Shown in pieces: positions 39,541-47,795 of a DNA stretch of 64,000 nucleotides. The notes under the pieces are model-generated. The model had not been told where the DNA came from and did no database searches. It was given only the letters and a program-made list of their open reading frames with translations. How positions within the stretch are numbered: position 1 is the first letter of the stretch; the number at the start of each line of letters is the position of its first letter. The stretch spans positions 108,591 through 172,590 of the forward strand of contig JAZKFU010000008.1 of NCBI GenBank assembly GCA_040386275.1, given 5' to 3'. The stretch is from Patescibacteria group bacterium (GTDB taxonomy: Bacteria > Patescibacteriota > Minisyncoccia > Phycocordibacterales > UBA918). A program made the position numbers and the translations under genes.

Positions 39541-39933
39541 ATGTTACGGGTAAAAACTAAAATTAAAACAAGTGAAGTTAATGGTATTGGTCTATTTGCT
39601 GATCAGTTTATTCCAGCAGGAACAGTAACTTGGAAGTATGATCAAGGTTTTGATCCACATTTTACAATTGAACAATTTGAATCTTTACCTGACTTTACAA
39701 AAGAAACCATTTTAACCCATGGGTATTTTGATCACCAATTAAATGTGTATATCCTTTGTTCTGATGATCAACGATTTATTAATCACTCACAAAACCCAAA
39801 TATAACCTCAACGCCTTCTGAAGATGTGGCTAATAAAGATATCCACCCTGGGGATGAACTAACTTGTGATTATTCTCAATATGAACAAGATTGGTTTGAA
39901 CGAAGAGATGTTGATAGAAGTTCATTTGTTTAG
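39541..39933 (+). CDS. SET domain protein (putative protein lysine methyltransferase)
   Basis: GIGLFA, INHSQNPN (NHS motif) and ELTCDY (post-SET-like) motifs. Confidence 0.6.
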   Translation: MLRVKTKIKTSEVNGIGLFADQFIPAGTVTWKYDQGFDPHFTIEQFESLPDFTKETILTHGYFDHQLNVYILCSDDQRFINHSQNPNITSTPSEDVANKDIHPGDELTCDYSQYEQDWFERRDVDRSSFV

Positions 39934-39939
39934 CAAATA

Positions 39940-39971
39940 TAAAAAAACCACACTAGGTGTGGTTTTTTTTA
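39940..39971 (+). terminator. Rho-independent terminator after the SET gene
   Basis: AAAAAAACCACAC-TAG-GTGTGGTTTTTTTT perfect hairpin. Confidence 0.6.
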
Positions 39972-39978
39972 TACACTT

Positions 39979-40095
39979 TTATAGTGGGACTATGTAGTAG
40001 TCATAGGCAATAAAAATTCTAAAATAAGAAATTATTACTGTAAGCAAAATTAAAAATAGAAATGCCCAAATTAATATTTTTGATTTTTTGGTCAT
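39979..40095 (-). CDS. hypothetical 38-aa hydrophobic peptide immediately downstream of speH
   Basis: ATG 3 nt after the speH stop; MTKKSKILIWAFLFLILLTVIISYFRIFIAYDYYIVPL; not in ORF track (under 60 aa). Confidence 0.25.
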   Translation of the reverse strand: MTKKSKILIWAFLFLILLTVIISYFRIFIAYDYYIVPL

Positions 40096-40098
40096 AAC

Positions 40099-40515
40099 TT
40101 AATTATATATATTTTCACTTGGATATCGAATCCCACGCTTTTGTATGTGCATGTCACTAGATTGTAACATGAAAGCTTTTGTAAATTCATCCCGTAACTT
40201 GTCAGTATCTAAATCATTTTGACACGTGTACACATCAATAGTTACAAAGCCTCGGGCTGGAAAAGTGTGGAAACTAATATGACTTTCTGCAATCATTACG
40301 AACCCACTAATTCCACCTGGATCCTTACGATTTTTTGGACCTACTTCTACAACTACAGGTTCGTTAATTACATGCATCCCCATTGCTTTTGGAATGTCAT
40401 TAAGCATATTTGTAAGAAGTTCTCTATCTTTTAATGTTTCTTCTGATGCTCCGTAACCATCAAGCATAAAGTGTACACCGAACTGTTCAGTGGATGGGGT
40501 ATTTATTATTGTCAT
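40099..40515 (-). CDS. speH: S-adenosylmethionine decarboxylase proenzyme (small pyruvoyl type)
   Basis: FMLDGYG and processing-site region IAESHISFHTFPA (ES cleavage) typical of SpeH/SpeD-class AdoMetDC. Confidence 0.8.
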   Translation of the reverse strand: MTIINTPSTEQFGVHFMLDGYGASEETLKDRELLTNMLNDIPKAMGMHVINEPVVVEVGPKNRKDPGGISGFVMIAESHISFHTFPARGFVTIDVYTCQNDLDTDKLRDEFTKAFMLQSSDMHIQKRGIRYPSENIYN

Positions 40516-40545
40516 TGTTTAAAACTATAGCACAGATTGATATAA
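40516..40545 (-). promoter_or_regulatory. promoter-like element (extended -10 TGCTATAGT) abutting the speH start; duplicated at 41707-41735
   Basis: Minus-strand AATCTGTGCTATAGTTTT lies 7-9 nt upstream of the ATG, implying a leaderless or very short-leader transcript. Confidence 0.4.
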
Positions 40546-40620
40546 ATTGCAAGTATTTATGTGTATAAGTGATGAAATTTAAAAATCCCCGCCCTTGTGA
40601 AAAGGCGGGGACTACATGCA

Positions 40621-41706
40621 TCAGAATTTACCGAGAACAATCGTCATTCCCAGTGCAATAGTTGCAAGAGTGAGCAACATTGCCTTGGTCCTGGTAGGCA
40701 TAACACTAATCAGGCTTGCGCTTGATAGTGTCACCTGTCCCAGATGCAAGTCTTTTTGTCTTTCATGCATCCTCTTTCCAATAAAGGTTAGAAGAACAGT
40801 TAGACCAAAGACTGCAACCACGTGACCTGAAATTATGAGGTTAACGAACACGCCAGTGAGTTGCCACAAGGCATAAATCTCAAAGACATATACGAGCGCC
40901 CCAAACATCTCAGCAAACATGATGACCCAGAAGTACTGTTTAAGCTTCGGAATAAACTCGCGAAACTCAATACGAACTTTTTTGGAAACCAAAATCATCG
41001 CTCCAGACAAGTATCCCAACCAGTAGTAAGGTTGAAACGCAAGAACGTCTGCAAGTGAACGTTCGTACAGAACGGCTGACCCAAGAACCGTGTATGCGGT
41101 GATGAGTACAAGCATCAATATCACCGTCGAGCTCCTCGTTGTAGTAAGAGAAAACGCGGTATCTTGCATATCAAATCGCACAATCAGGCAGATTGTAGCA
41201 ATCAAACTTACAAGAAACCACAACGAGAAGTCGATATCTTGTAATGCGGCAAGTGGACCGTACGAAACGTCCAAGGCGCTAATGCTGGCAGTGGCCAGGT
41301 ATACCCACAGTGGCGACGTTGCGAGCCACATTGAAATTGCGGTGATATTTGGCCGCTCATCCCCTGTGGGAATAAACAGTTTAAAGTAGCACCCCATAAC
41401 CGAAATGGTCAGTGCGCCCACAACCATCATCCAGATCCCCTCTTTCCAGAGTGAAAGCGAATGCGAAAGTAGACTAACTCCATCAACAGCTAAGACAGAA
41501 TAGAGGCACCAGCAAATAATCGTAGTGACAGTTCCAAAGAACACTCCTGCCACAGACGAGACCAGCCAAGCCATTTTGGGACGTTGCTGATAACAGTCGT
41601 CCATCATGTACTCATCGAAAAGTATCATGATTGCCTGGCTCATTGAGCTCAGGACTGCAAAGAAAATTCCCAAGCTCATGCTAGCTCCTGTTGTGTAAGG
41701 TTTCAT
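40621..41706 (-). CDS. hypothetical polytopic membrane protein
   Basis: 361 aa with about 9-10 TM helices; terminator hairpin CCCCGCC...GGCGGGG downstream. Confidence 0.4.
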   Translation of the reverse strand: MKPYTTGASMSLGIFFAVLSSMSQAIMILFDEYMMDDCYQQRPKMAWLVSSVAGVFFGTVTTIICWCLYSVLAVDGVSLLSHSLSLWKEGIWMMVVGALTISVMGCYFKLFIPTGDERPNITAISMWLATSPLWVYLATASISALDVSYGPLAALQDIDFSLWFLVSLIATICLIVRFDMQDTAFSLTTTRSSTVILMLVLITAYTVLGSAVLYERSLADVLAFQPYYWLGYLSGAMILVSKKVRIEFREFIPKLKQYFWVIMFAEMFGALVYVFEIYALWQLTGVFVNLIISGHVVAVFGLTVLLTFIGKRMHERQKDLHLGQVTLSSASLISVMPTRTKAMLLTLATIALGMTIVLGKF

Positions 41707-41735
41707 CTGTAAAAACTATAGCACAGATTAATAAA
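41707..41735 (-). promoter_or_regulatory. second copy of the TGCTATAGT promoter-like element abutting the membrane-protein start
   Basis: AAAACTATAGCACAGATT repeated at 40524-40541 and 41711-41728. Confidence 0.4.
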
Positions 41736-41882
41736 AAAAGCAAGTAAATAACTATGGAGTGTTGATAACTCCTAAATAAAATTCCCCTCTTACATCTAGT
41801 TTAAAATCAATAAAATGAACATTCATACATTTATGATGTAAAATACATAAACAAATATTCACTTTTTAAATATTTTATACAC

Positions 41883-42335
41883 ATGAAAATTTCTTCAAAC
41901 ATTCAAACTGTCTTAGATATCCTTCAAAATGAAGTAAATGGCGAAGCTAAAGAAGCTCTTTTAAAAATGACTGAAGATTATAGCATGACATGGATGTATC
42001 AAAGTAAAAATGAATTGTTCCCTACTACAAGTAATGATATAGAAAGTGAATTGAAAGAAGTGTATGTCATCAAAGACAGAGAGTATGATATACGTAACAT
42101 TTGTGAAAGTGAAGATGTGGTTATGGTTGAGATGATTGAAAGTTATTCTGACCCTAAGACAGGACAAATATATAGAACTCCTCAGGTTATTGTTCTAAAG
42201 TTTAAAGATGGAAAAATTCAAACCGGCCGTCACTATAATGACCCCAATCTTTCTTATATGAAATTAAGTGAAGAGCAGATTAATTCTGCGCTAATAAATA
42301 CCGAAACAAAATTAATAATTAAATCTAAAATTTAA
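41883..42335 (+). CDS. hypothetical protein (NTF2/SnoaL-like fold suspected)
   Basis: 150 aa; weak resemblance only. Confidence 0.3.
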   Translation: MKISSNIQTVLDILQNEVNGEAKEALLKMTEDYSMTWMYQSKNELFPTTSNDIESELKEVYVIKDREYDIRNICESEDVVMVEMIESYSDPKTGQIYRTPQVIVLKFKDGKIQTGRHYNDPNLSYMKLSEEQINSALINTETKLIIKSKI

Positions 42336-42360
42336 TATTATTACTAATGAGATTACATGT

Positions 42361-42618
42361 ATGGAAAATAAACTCTTTACGTCATTAATTGAATCAGGTA
42401 TATATTTCTACAAGGAACACGGTAAGAGTGCGGATATTGCAAATATGCTAATGACTATGGAAGTTAATGAAACAGGTATCATTCACGACTTCATAATTGA
42501 ACTATCTCTGACAATGCACCCAAATGAGGAAGTCGGTGTTGGCTGTCATTCAATTGAGACTATTGAAAAAGCATTCCATGAGTACAAAATCACAGGCACA
42601 ACCGATTTGTTAAATTAG
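42361..42618 (+). CDS. hypothetical small protein
   Basis: 85 aa ORF. Confidence 0.3.
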   Translation: MENKLFTSLIESGIYFYKEHGKSADIANMLMTMEVNETGIIHDFIIELSLTMHPNEEVGVGCHSIETIEKAFHEYKITGTTDLLN

Positions 42619-42671
42619 TTTTCAATAATAATTACACTTTCATTGAACCTGGCTCCTCAAATTATTCAATT

Positions 42672-43589
42672 TTAATCACCGTGTGGTTTTAAATTTGGAA
42701 TAGCATCTTCATTTTTAATAAAGCGATTAAACCAGTTAATTGACTGTTTAAAATATTCCGTTTTGTATTCAGTTATTCCGTGGTCAGCACCTTCAAATAA
42801 AATGAACCGATGCGGTATCTTGTGAGTATACATATCCCGACTCATTTCGATGGAATCAATTGGAGATACACGCCAATCAGCTGTTCCATGCATAAGTAGT
42901 ATAGGAACTTTTTTTGGTAGTTCGTTACTCCAACGTAAAGGAGAGCGTAGTATGAGTTCATTTTTACTTTTACCCCATAGACTTATTTGGTGTTCTCGCC
43001 ACTTGGGTCGTTCTTTACCTTGTCTAATTTGATCTGCAGGAGCTGCAGCTATAACTGCTGACTTTATCCATTTCACCTCACGTAGAAGCATGTATGCCAT
43101 AAGACCACCACGTGAATGTCCTTTAATGCCAATTTTATTTATATCCGCAACTGAAACACTTTTGAGAATATCTTTCAGCTTAACTATACTTGCTATGTCA
43201 TCTTCCCCTCCAAACTTGTCTTTGCCATCTCCGCCTTCAACTCCAGGATATTGGGTGCTTATTACAATGTATCCTTCAAGTGCATATTTAACTAACTGAC
43301 CGTATATTGCCCGTGGTGCTAGAGCTGCAAAATCTCTACTTCCTCCGCGTAAATGAATTATACAAGGTACTTTCTCCTTTAGATTTTTTGGTATTGTAAT
43401 GTATCCAATTACTTTTAATTTTCCGACTTTATATATGAAACGATATGTCTCGACTAGTTGTAACTCATTTTTTGCAGATTCAATTTTTTGTATATCTGAT
43501 AAAAAATCTAATTTTTCAGACAGGGGGTAAGATTCAACCAAGGTAACTGATTTGTTACCTTTTAATTCACCAATAAATTCTTGTATCAT
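42672..43589 (-). CDS. alpha/beta hydrolase (S9 prolyl oligopeptidase / dienelactone hydrolase-like)
   Basis: Nucleophile elbow GHSRGG and downstream Asp/His (HGTADWRV, GADHG). Confidence 0.65.
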   Translation of the reverse strand: MIQEFIGELKGNKSVTLVESYPLSEKLDFLSDIQKIESAKNELQLVETYRFIYKVGKLKVIGYITIPKNLKEKVPCIIHLRGGSRDFAALAPRAIYGQLVKYALEGYIVISTQYPGVEGGDGKDKFGGEDDIASIVKLKDILKSVSVADINKIGIKGHSRGGLMAYMLLREVKWIKSAVIAAAPADQIRQGKERPKWREHQISLWGKSKNELILRSPLRWSNELPKKVPILLMHGTADWRVSPIDSIEMSRDMYTHKIPHRFILFEGADHGITEYKTEYFKQSINWFNRFIKNEDAIPNLKPHGD

Positions 43590-43607
43590 AATCTGATTCT
43601 ACCTTAT

Positions 43608-43650
43608 TAACTTAAATATAAAAAGTTGGACCCCGCGATGCAGGGTCCAA
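43608..43650 (-). terminator. terminator after the GNAT gene
   Basis: TTGGACCC-CGCGATGCA-GGGTCCAA hairpin followed on the minus strand by CTTTTTATATTT. Confidence 0.5.
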
Positions 43651-44139
43651 TTAAAGCAATTTTGCCATTAAGTACTTATCGACAAGACAACCATCAATTT
43701 TCGCTGCTCCTCGAATTGTTCCTTCGATGTTAAAAGCGAATTTTTGATATAAGTGAATCGCCTTAAGATTAATTGTTTGAACATATAGCTGAAGTCGATA
43801 TAGATTCATCAACTTTGCTTCTGTTATTGAATGAGTCATGAGTGCTGACCCTACACCCTTATTGCTAAAGTTGGACGTAACACCTATAGCTAAGGTACCT
43901 ACACCACAATTCCGTTTCATTCTACCTAAAGATATACCTAAATAACCAATAATTACTGCAGTCTCCTCCGCAATCCATAAACGCTCATATTGTTGAGAGA
44001 GACTGAGTCTTTTTGCTAATAAAGATGGTTCTGGAACTTCATCATGTTCATAGAGCATAAACTGTGACTCAGATGTTATCTGAATCATTAATGATGCTAG
44101 TTGCACAGCGTCACGCTCATTTGCTTGTCTTATTAACAT
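43651..44139 (-). CDS. GNAT family N-acetyltransferase (track ORF 43651..44508 over-extends through the GC-rich terminator region)
   Basis: MLIRQANERDAVQLASLM...RLQLYVQTINLKAIHLYQKFAF is the GNAT fold; ATG at 44139. Confidence 0.65.
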   Translation of the reverse strand: MLIRQANERDAVQLASLMIQITSESQFMLYEHDEVPEPSLLAKRLSLSQQYERLWIAEETAVIIGYLGISLGRMKRNCGVGTLAIGVTSNFSNKGVGSALMTHSITEAKLMNLYRLQLYVQTINLKAIHLYQKFAFNIEGTIRGAAKIDGCLVDKYLMAKLL

Positions 44140-44152
44140 GTCGACTACCTCT

Positions 44153-44193
44153 CTTAAGATAAAGGCGCGCCATCCAAAGAAGGATAGCGCGCC
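44153..44193 (-). terminator. GC-rich terminator after the DUF1399-like gene
   Basis: Minus-strand GGCGCGCUAUCC-UUCUUU-GGAUGGCGCGCC hairpin followed by UUUAUCUU. Confidence 0.5.
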
Positions 44194-44212
44194 CGATGCC
44201 ATTGCTGATTGA

Positions 44213-44695
44213 TCAGCTCTGGCAGTTCGTGGAAGCCCCGCAGACGCCGGGGCCGCAGCTGCCCGGAATCTTCGTGAACGCCCAGTGCTCGGAAAGCGTA
44301 CCGAAGGTGCGCTCGGCGGCCTCGAGGGTGTTCCGGACCATGGAGCCGTCGCTCGAGGCCCGCTGAGCCTGGGTGAGCGGCTGGTGGTGCAGGAAGAAGC
44401 CGACCTTCGACTTACAGTAGTCGGCATAGTCGCCGGTGAACAGAATGAAGTTGTGCCAGATCTCGTCGATGTCTTCGGGCGGCGCCATGGAGCCGTCGTT
44501 GGTCGCACAAAGATAGAGGAACTTTTTCATCTCGCCGAACAGCTCGTCCGTGAACTCCGGCGTCCAGCCTTCCTTCACGACCATGCGTTCCTTGAGCGCC
44601 GGGTGGTCGTAGTCCATCATCTTCGCGAGAAGATTCGGATCAGTTGCAAGGCGCTGTCGCTGGGACAGAGCAATAACACTTGTCATCGTGGTCAT
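44213..44695 (-). CDS. GC-rich (about 62% GC) DUF1399/GRDP-like domain protein with Cys-rich C-terminal tail
   Basis: DIDEIWHNFILFTGDYADYC resembles the DUF1399 core motif (recalled from memory); tail GSCGPGVCGASTNCQS; composition far from the genome background. Confidence 0.45.
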   Translation of the reverse strand: MTTMTSVIALSQRQRLATDPNLLAKMMDYDHPALKERMVVKEGWTPEFTDELFGEMKKFLYLCATNDGSMAPPEDIDEIWHNFILFTGDYADYCKSKVGFFLHHQPLTQAQRASSDGSMVRNTLEAAERTFGTLSEHWAFTKIPGSCGPGVCGASTNCQS

Positions 44696-44824
44696 TTTTC
44701 ACCCCTTGAGGTTTATGGTTTGAAGTTGCCTAGGAACTACTGCAGCTTCTTGAATTAAGCCTGCAGATTATGCCATTTAACACCACAAATAGTTAATTGT
44801 CAACTATTAAATAGTCAATGTAAA

Positions 44825-44986
44825 TTAACCTTTTTCGTCACCCATTCTGTCTGAGCTTGTAAAAACTTGAGGCTCATCAGTTAAGTGATCAAATTCATGT
44901 GGCACGGGACGATTTTCTACTCCGACTCTTGTGAGCCATGAGTCAAACTTCAAATATGCCCAGTTTTTAATTTTGTATAAGCACTT
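44825..44986 (-). CDS. hypothetical 54-aa peptide
   Basis: Strong SD AAGGGGAG 6 nt upstream of the ATG; MKCLYKIKNWAYLKFDSWLTRVGVENRPVPHEFDHLTDEPQVFTSSDRMGDEKG; downstream of the radical SAM gene on the same strand. Confidence 0.35.
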   Translation of the reverse strand, partial: KCLYKIKNWAYLKFDSWLTRVGVENRPVPHEFDHLTDEPQVFTSSDRMGDEKG

Positions 44987-45197
44987 CATTTTAGCTCCCC
45001 TTCTTTTCATTTCTAACAGTATAATGGCACATTTTATAAATTTGTCTATAGTTACGTTCAGGTATCTACTAGTTTACGCAATATTGATAAAAGTAAGCTA
45101 AAAGACTCTGGTTTGCTCTAATTGTACTTATTTTAATATTTATTGTTGTAAAATTTAAGCATGTATTATACATTTTTTCTTTTTTAGAAATTCCTTT

Positions 45198-45240
45198 TAG
45201 TTATAAAAAAAGCCACTGTAAATTTTCACTTACAGTGGCG
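45198..45240 (-). terminator. Rho-independent terminator after the radical SAM gene
   Basis: GCCACTGTAA-ATTTTCAC-TTACAGTGGC perfect 10 bp hairpin followed on the minus strand by UUUUUUUAUAAC. Confidence 0.6.
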
Positions 45241-45260
45241 TAAAGATCTCCCAACTTCAC

Positions 45261-46727
45261 TTAGCCCGATTGGTCCAAATATTTTGTAATCTTTGGACTA
45301 TAGAACATTGAAAGAACTTCATCTTCAAATAGTAACCCAAGAGTCGAAAGACGGATACCAGATTCTATACCTAGTTGGTAACGATTGAGTAATCCAAGTT
45401 CCAAAAACTTCATTTCAAGCTTTTGATAGTGAGATACTGATTCGTGAGCAGCACCCTCAAAGGATTGAAATGCTAGTTTGCCTTTACGCATACCGATGAC
45501 ATATGATCGAGCTAGGTACTCGTTCTGGTCAAGTTTAAGCGCACTATCAATAGTTTTTCCTCCGTTCTCCATGTGCTCTATGTAGGCATTGATGTCGGGC
45601 GTATTGCGAAAGAGAACACCCTCGTAGACATTAGAGTCTTTCGAGTTAGATTTTACACTAACATGAGAATAGGAAGATGCACCGACGCCAAGTAAATTAC
45701 TGTCTGTAGAAGTCAGTATTTTATTGAAAGTCATTGCGTGACGATCATCAAGTACAAAACGATTCCCATCAACTTGGCGATATCCCATGTCAGTAAGTTC
45801 TTGCCAGAGGAGCATACGACCCACTAAAGTGTCATACTCTCCTTCGAAATCCCCTTTTTTGTCTGGATTTTTATACCATTCTCCTTGTGGACGTTTAGCA
45901 AATCGACCGTGATACCACGTTAGTTGCGGTGGGCGCACTATTCTAAGTATATTGAGGTTTTGCCACACCTCATCGAGAGTGCCTTTATAGAGTGACTGGA
46001 TGAGGTCTAGGTTCCAGTTATCGAAGACTTGTCCGACAAGTTCGCAGGCAAGTATTGCGGTATCTTGCTTATATCCACGTGCCGCTCGCTTTAATACTTC
46101 ATCATCAAAGGATTGGATTCCAAAGCTAATCCTGGTTACCCCATGCTTTTTTAGAATTTGAAGCTTTTCATAACCACCTGGTGCAGTAATGGTTAGAGGA
46201 CTCGCTTCCATGCATATTTCCACATCCTCCTTAATATGGAATTCTCTACGGATGGTGTTGATGATAGCTACTAGTTGATTACTCTCAAGAATCAGGGGTG
46301 TTCCACCACCGATGTAAATTGAATTGATTACAGTTTCTGATGATCGCAGCTGGCTGCCCCATTCCTGTATTTCAACTTTAAGAGATTGTAAGTAGCGCTC
46401 AACTTGTTCAGTACGACTTGTCGAACTGTGATTTTTGCCCCGATAGGTCTTTACAGCGTAGTGGCAAAAGGTGCACAGTGTCTCACAGAAAGCTATGTGG
46501 ACGTATAAACTTGATTCTCCGTGATAAGAAAAATCATTTATTGCATCACCCGTTTTGACTTTTTGTAGTGCATTAAGTGGCGGGTAGGTAACAACTGAGT
46601 GACTTCCACCTAAAATGAAGCGTTTGACGAACACTTCAGCTTCACGAAGTTTTGGTAGTACGTCTGGTATACCAAGTTGTAAAAGAGCATCGGTAGCCTT
46701 TGAGATAGCAGCCGTTTTGTCTCTCAT
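45261..46727 (-). CDS. HemN-like radical SAM protein (coproporphyrinogen III oxidase / HemW / class C rSAM family)
   Basis: CETLCTFCHY (CX3CX2C), IYIGGGTP, EICMEASP family motifs; 488 aa. Confidence 0.8.
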   Translation of the reverse strand: MRDKTAAISKATDALLQLGIPDVLPKLREAEVFVKRFILGGSHSVVTYPPLNALQKVKTGDAINDFSYHGESSLYVHIAFCETLCTFCHYAVKTYRGKNHSSTSRTEQVERYLQSLKVEIQEWGSQLRSSETVINSIYIGGGTPLILESNQLVAIINTIRREFHIKEDVEICMEASPLTITAPGGYEKLQILKKHGVTRISFGIQSFDDEVLKRAARGYKQDTAILACELVGQVFDNWNLDLIQSLYKGTLDEVWQNLNILRIVRPPQLTWYHGRFAKRPQGEWYKNPDKKGDFEGEYDTLVGRMLLWQELTDMGYRQVDGNRFVLDDRHAMTFNKILTSTDSNLLGVGASSYSHVSVKSNSKDSNVYEGVLFRNTPDINAYIEHMENGGKTIDSALKLDQNEYLARSYVIGMRKGKLAFQSFEGAAHESVSHYQKLEMKFLELGLLNRYQLGIESGIRLSTLGLLFEDEVLSMFYSPKITKYLDQSG

Positions 46728-46876
46728 AATTTTCCCCTACTTTGTTGAGAGTATCTGCACTGTACAGTACAATAGATAATCAATAATGTCTAGTCAGAGA
46801 TAAAAACTTATGAATTATTTAACTATTATACAAATGCAGATTTAATTATCTTGACAAGAAAGAATACAATGTTATA

Positions 46877-47011
46877 CATAAACAATATGTCAAACACATA
46901 TCAAAAACCAACTATTACTAACTGCTTGGCGCCGATTGCGCGGATGGCGGGGTTTGTGGCGACTGCCTGTAGTTCAGGTACGTTTGTAGTTAGCTATGGT
47001 GTTTGTATGAA
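46877..47011 (+). CDS. hypothetical 44-aa Cys-containing hydrophobic peptide, leaderless-type, divergent from the radical SAM gene
   Basis: MSNTYQKPTITNCLAPIARMAGFVATACSSGTFVVSYGVCMKTT; TTGACA-17-TATACA promoter with ATG 7 nt after the -10; perfect terminator 30 nt downstream; not in ORF track (under 60 aa). Confidence 0.35.
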
Positions 47012-47029
47012 AACGACGTAATCCGTCAA

Positions 47030-47068
47030 CCTCTCATTATAAAAACCCCATGGCTACCTATAAGCCAT
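47030..47068. terminator. bidirectional terminator
   Basis: CCCCATGGCT-ACCTATA-AGCCATGGGG perfect 10 bp hairpin flanked by AAAAA and TTTTT. Confidence 0.6.
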
Positions 47069-47114
47069 GGGGTTTTTAGTTACGTAGCGTGTTCTTTAAC
47101 AGGAGGAAGTATAA

Positions 47115-47759
47115 ATGAGTGTAGAAAAATCGAAGTTGCCAGAGGCTGTTCATCTTAAATTTCCGGGTGGCTATTGTCGTCCAGTAGAAATTGGTGATGC
47201 GCCTTATATCTACGTCTGGGTTAACGATCCAGATATTCGTCCCTTTCTTAATCGCCATGTTGTGGAAATGTTGGCAGATGAGGAGGAATGGATTAAAGGG
47301 TTGAGTAAGGAGAAGGAACATCAGCATGTATGGATGATTTGTCTTACTGACGGGGCACGAGTAGGTACCATAGGTCTGCATAACATTGACCTTAAAAATG
47401 GTACCGCTACCAGTGGCGCCATGTTTGGTACTAAAGAACATCAAAGTAAGGGGGTGGGTCAAAAAGCTAAGCATGTGATACTTAATCATGCGTTTAATGG
47501 ACTGAACCTTAGACAGATATACTCCAATGTTCTTAGTTTTAATGAGCGTAGTATTCAATACAACATCAAGTGTGGGTATCGTGAATTAGTGCGACTGCCT
47601 AATGATGTGAAAATGGGTGACCAATTTTATGATTGTGTCATGATGATGGTAACCCGGGATAGTTGGCTACCAATTTGGGAGAAGTTCCGCAAGGAGCACC
47701 AGATTGAATCGTTTGAAGAGATGCTGGAACGAACCATGAAGCCGAGAAAAAAAGAATGA
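47115..47759 (+). CDS. GNAT family N-acetyltransferase (RimJ/RimL-like)
   Basis: GTIGLHNIDLKNGTATSGAMFGTKEHQSKGVGQKA and the later NHAFNGLNLRQIYSNV...CGY segments are typical of RimJ/RimL-type GNAT acetyltransferases. Confidence 0.7.
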   Translation: MSVEKSKLPEAVHLKFPGGYCRPVEIGDAPYIYVWVNDPDIRPFLNRHVVEMLADEEEWIKGLSKEKEHQHVWMICLTDGARVGTIGLHNIDLKNGTATSGAMFGTKEHQSKGVGQKAKHVILNHAFNGLNLRQIYSNVLSFNERSIQYNIKCGYRELVRLPNDVKMGDQFYDCVMMMVTRDSWLPIWEKFRKEHQIESFEEMLERTMKPRKKE

Positions 47760-47795
47760 AGCAAATACCCCACACTGTGCGCAGTGTGGGGTATT

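Noticed and set aside
43651-44508. Track ORF extending the GNAT gene by 123 codons through the GC-rich region
   Set aside because: The extension has an Arg/Pro/Ser/Thr-rich translation typical of an open frame on GC-rich DNA, crosses a terminator hairpin, and the true gene on the other frame (44213-44695) is coherent; the GNAT starts at the internal ATG 44139
47076-47558. 160-aa minus-strand ORF overlapping the GNAT gene at 47115-47759
   Set aside because: Antisense to a well-supported GNAT CDS and starts inside a bidirectional terminator; spurious
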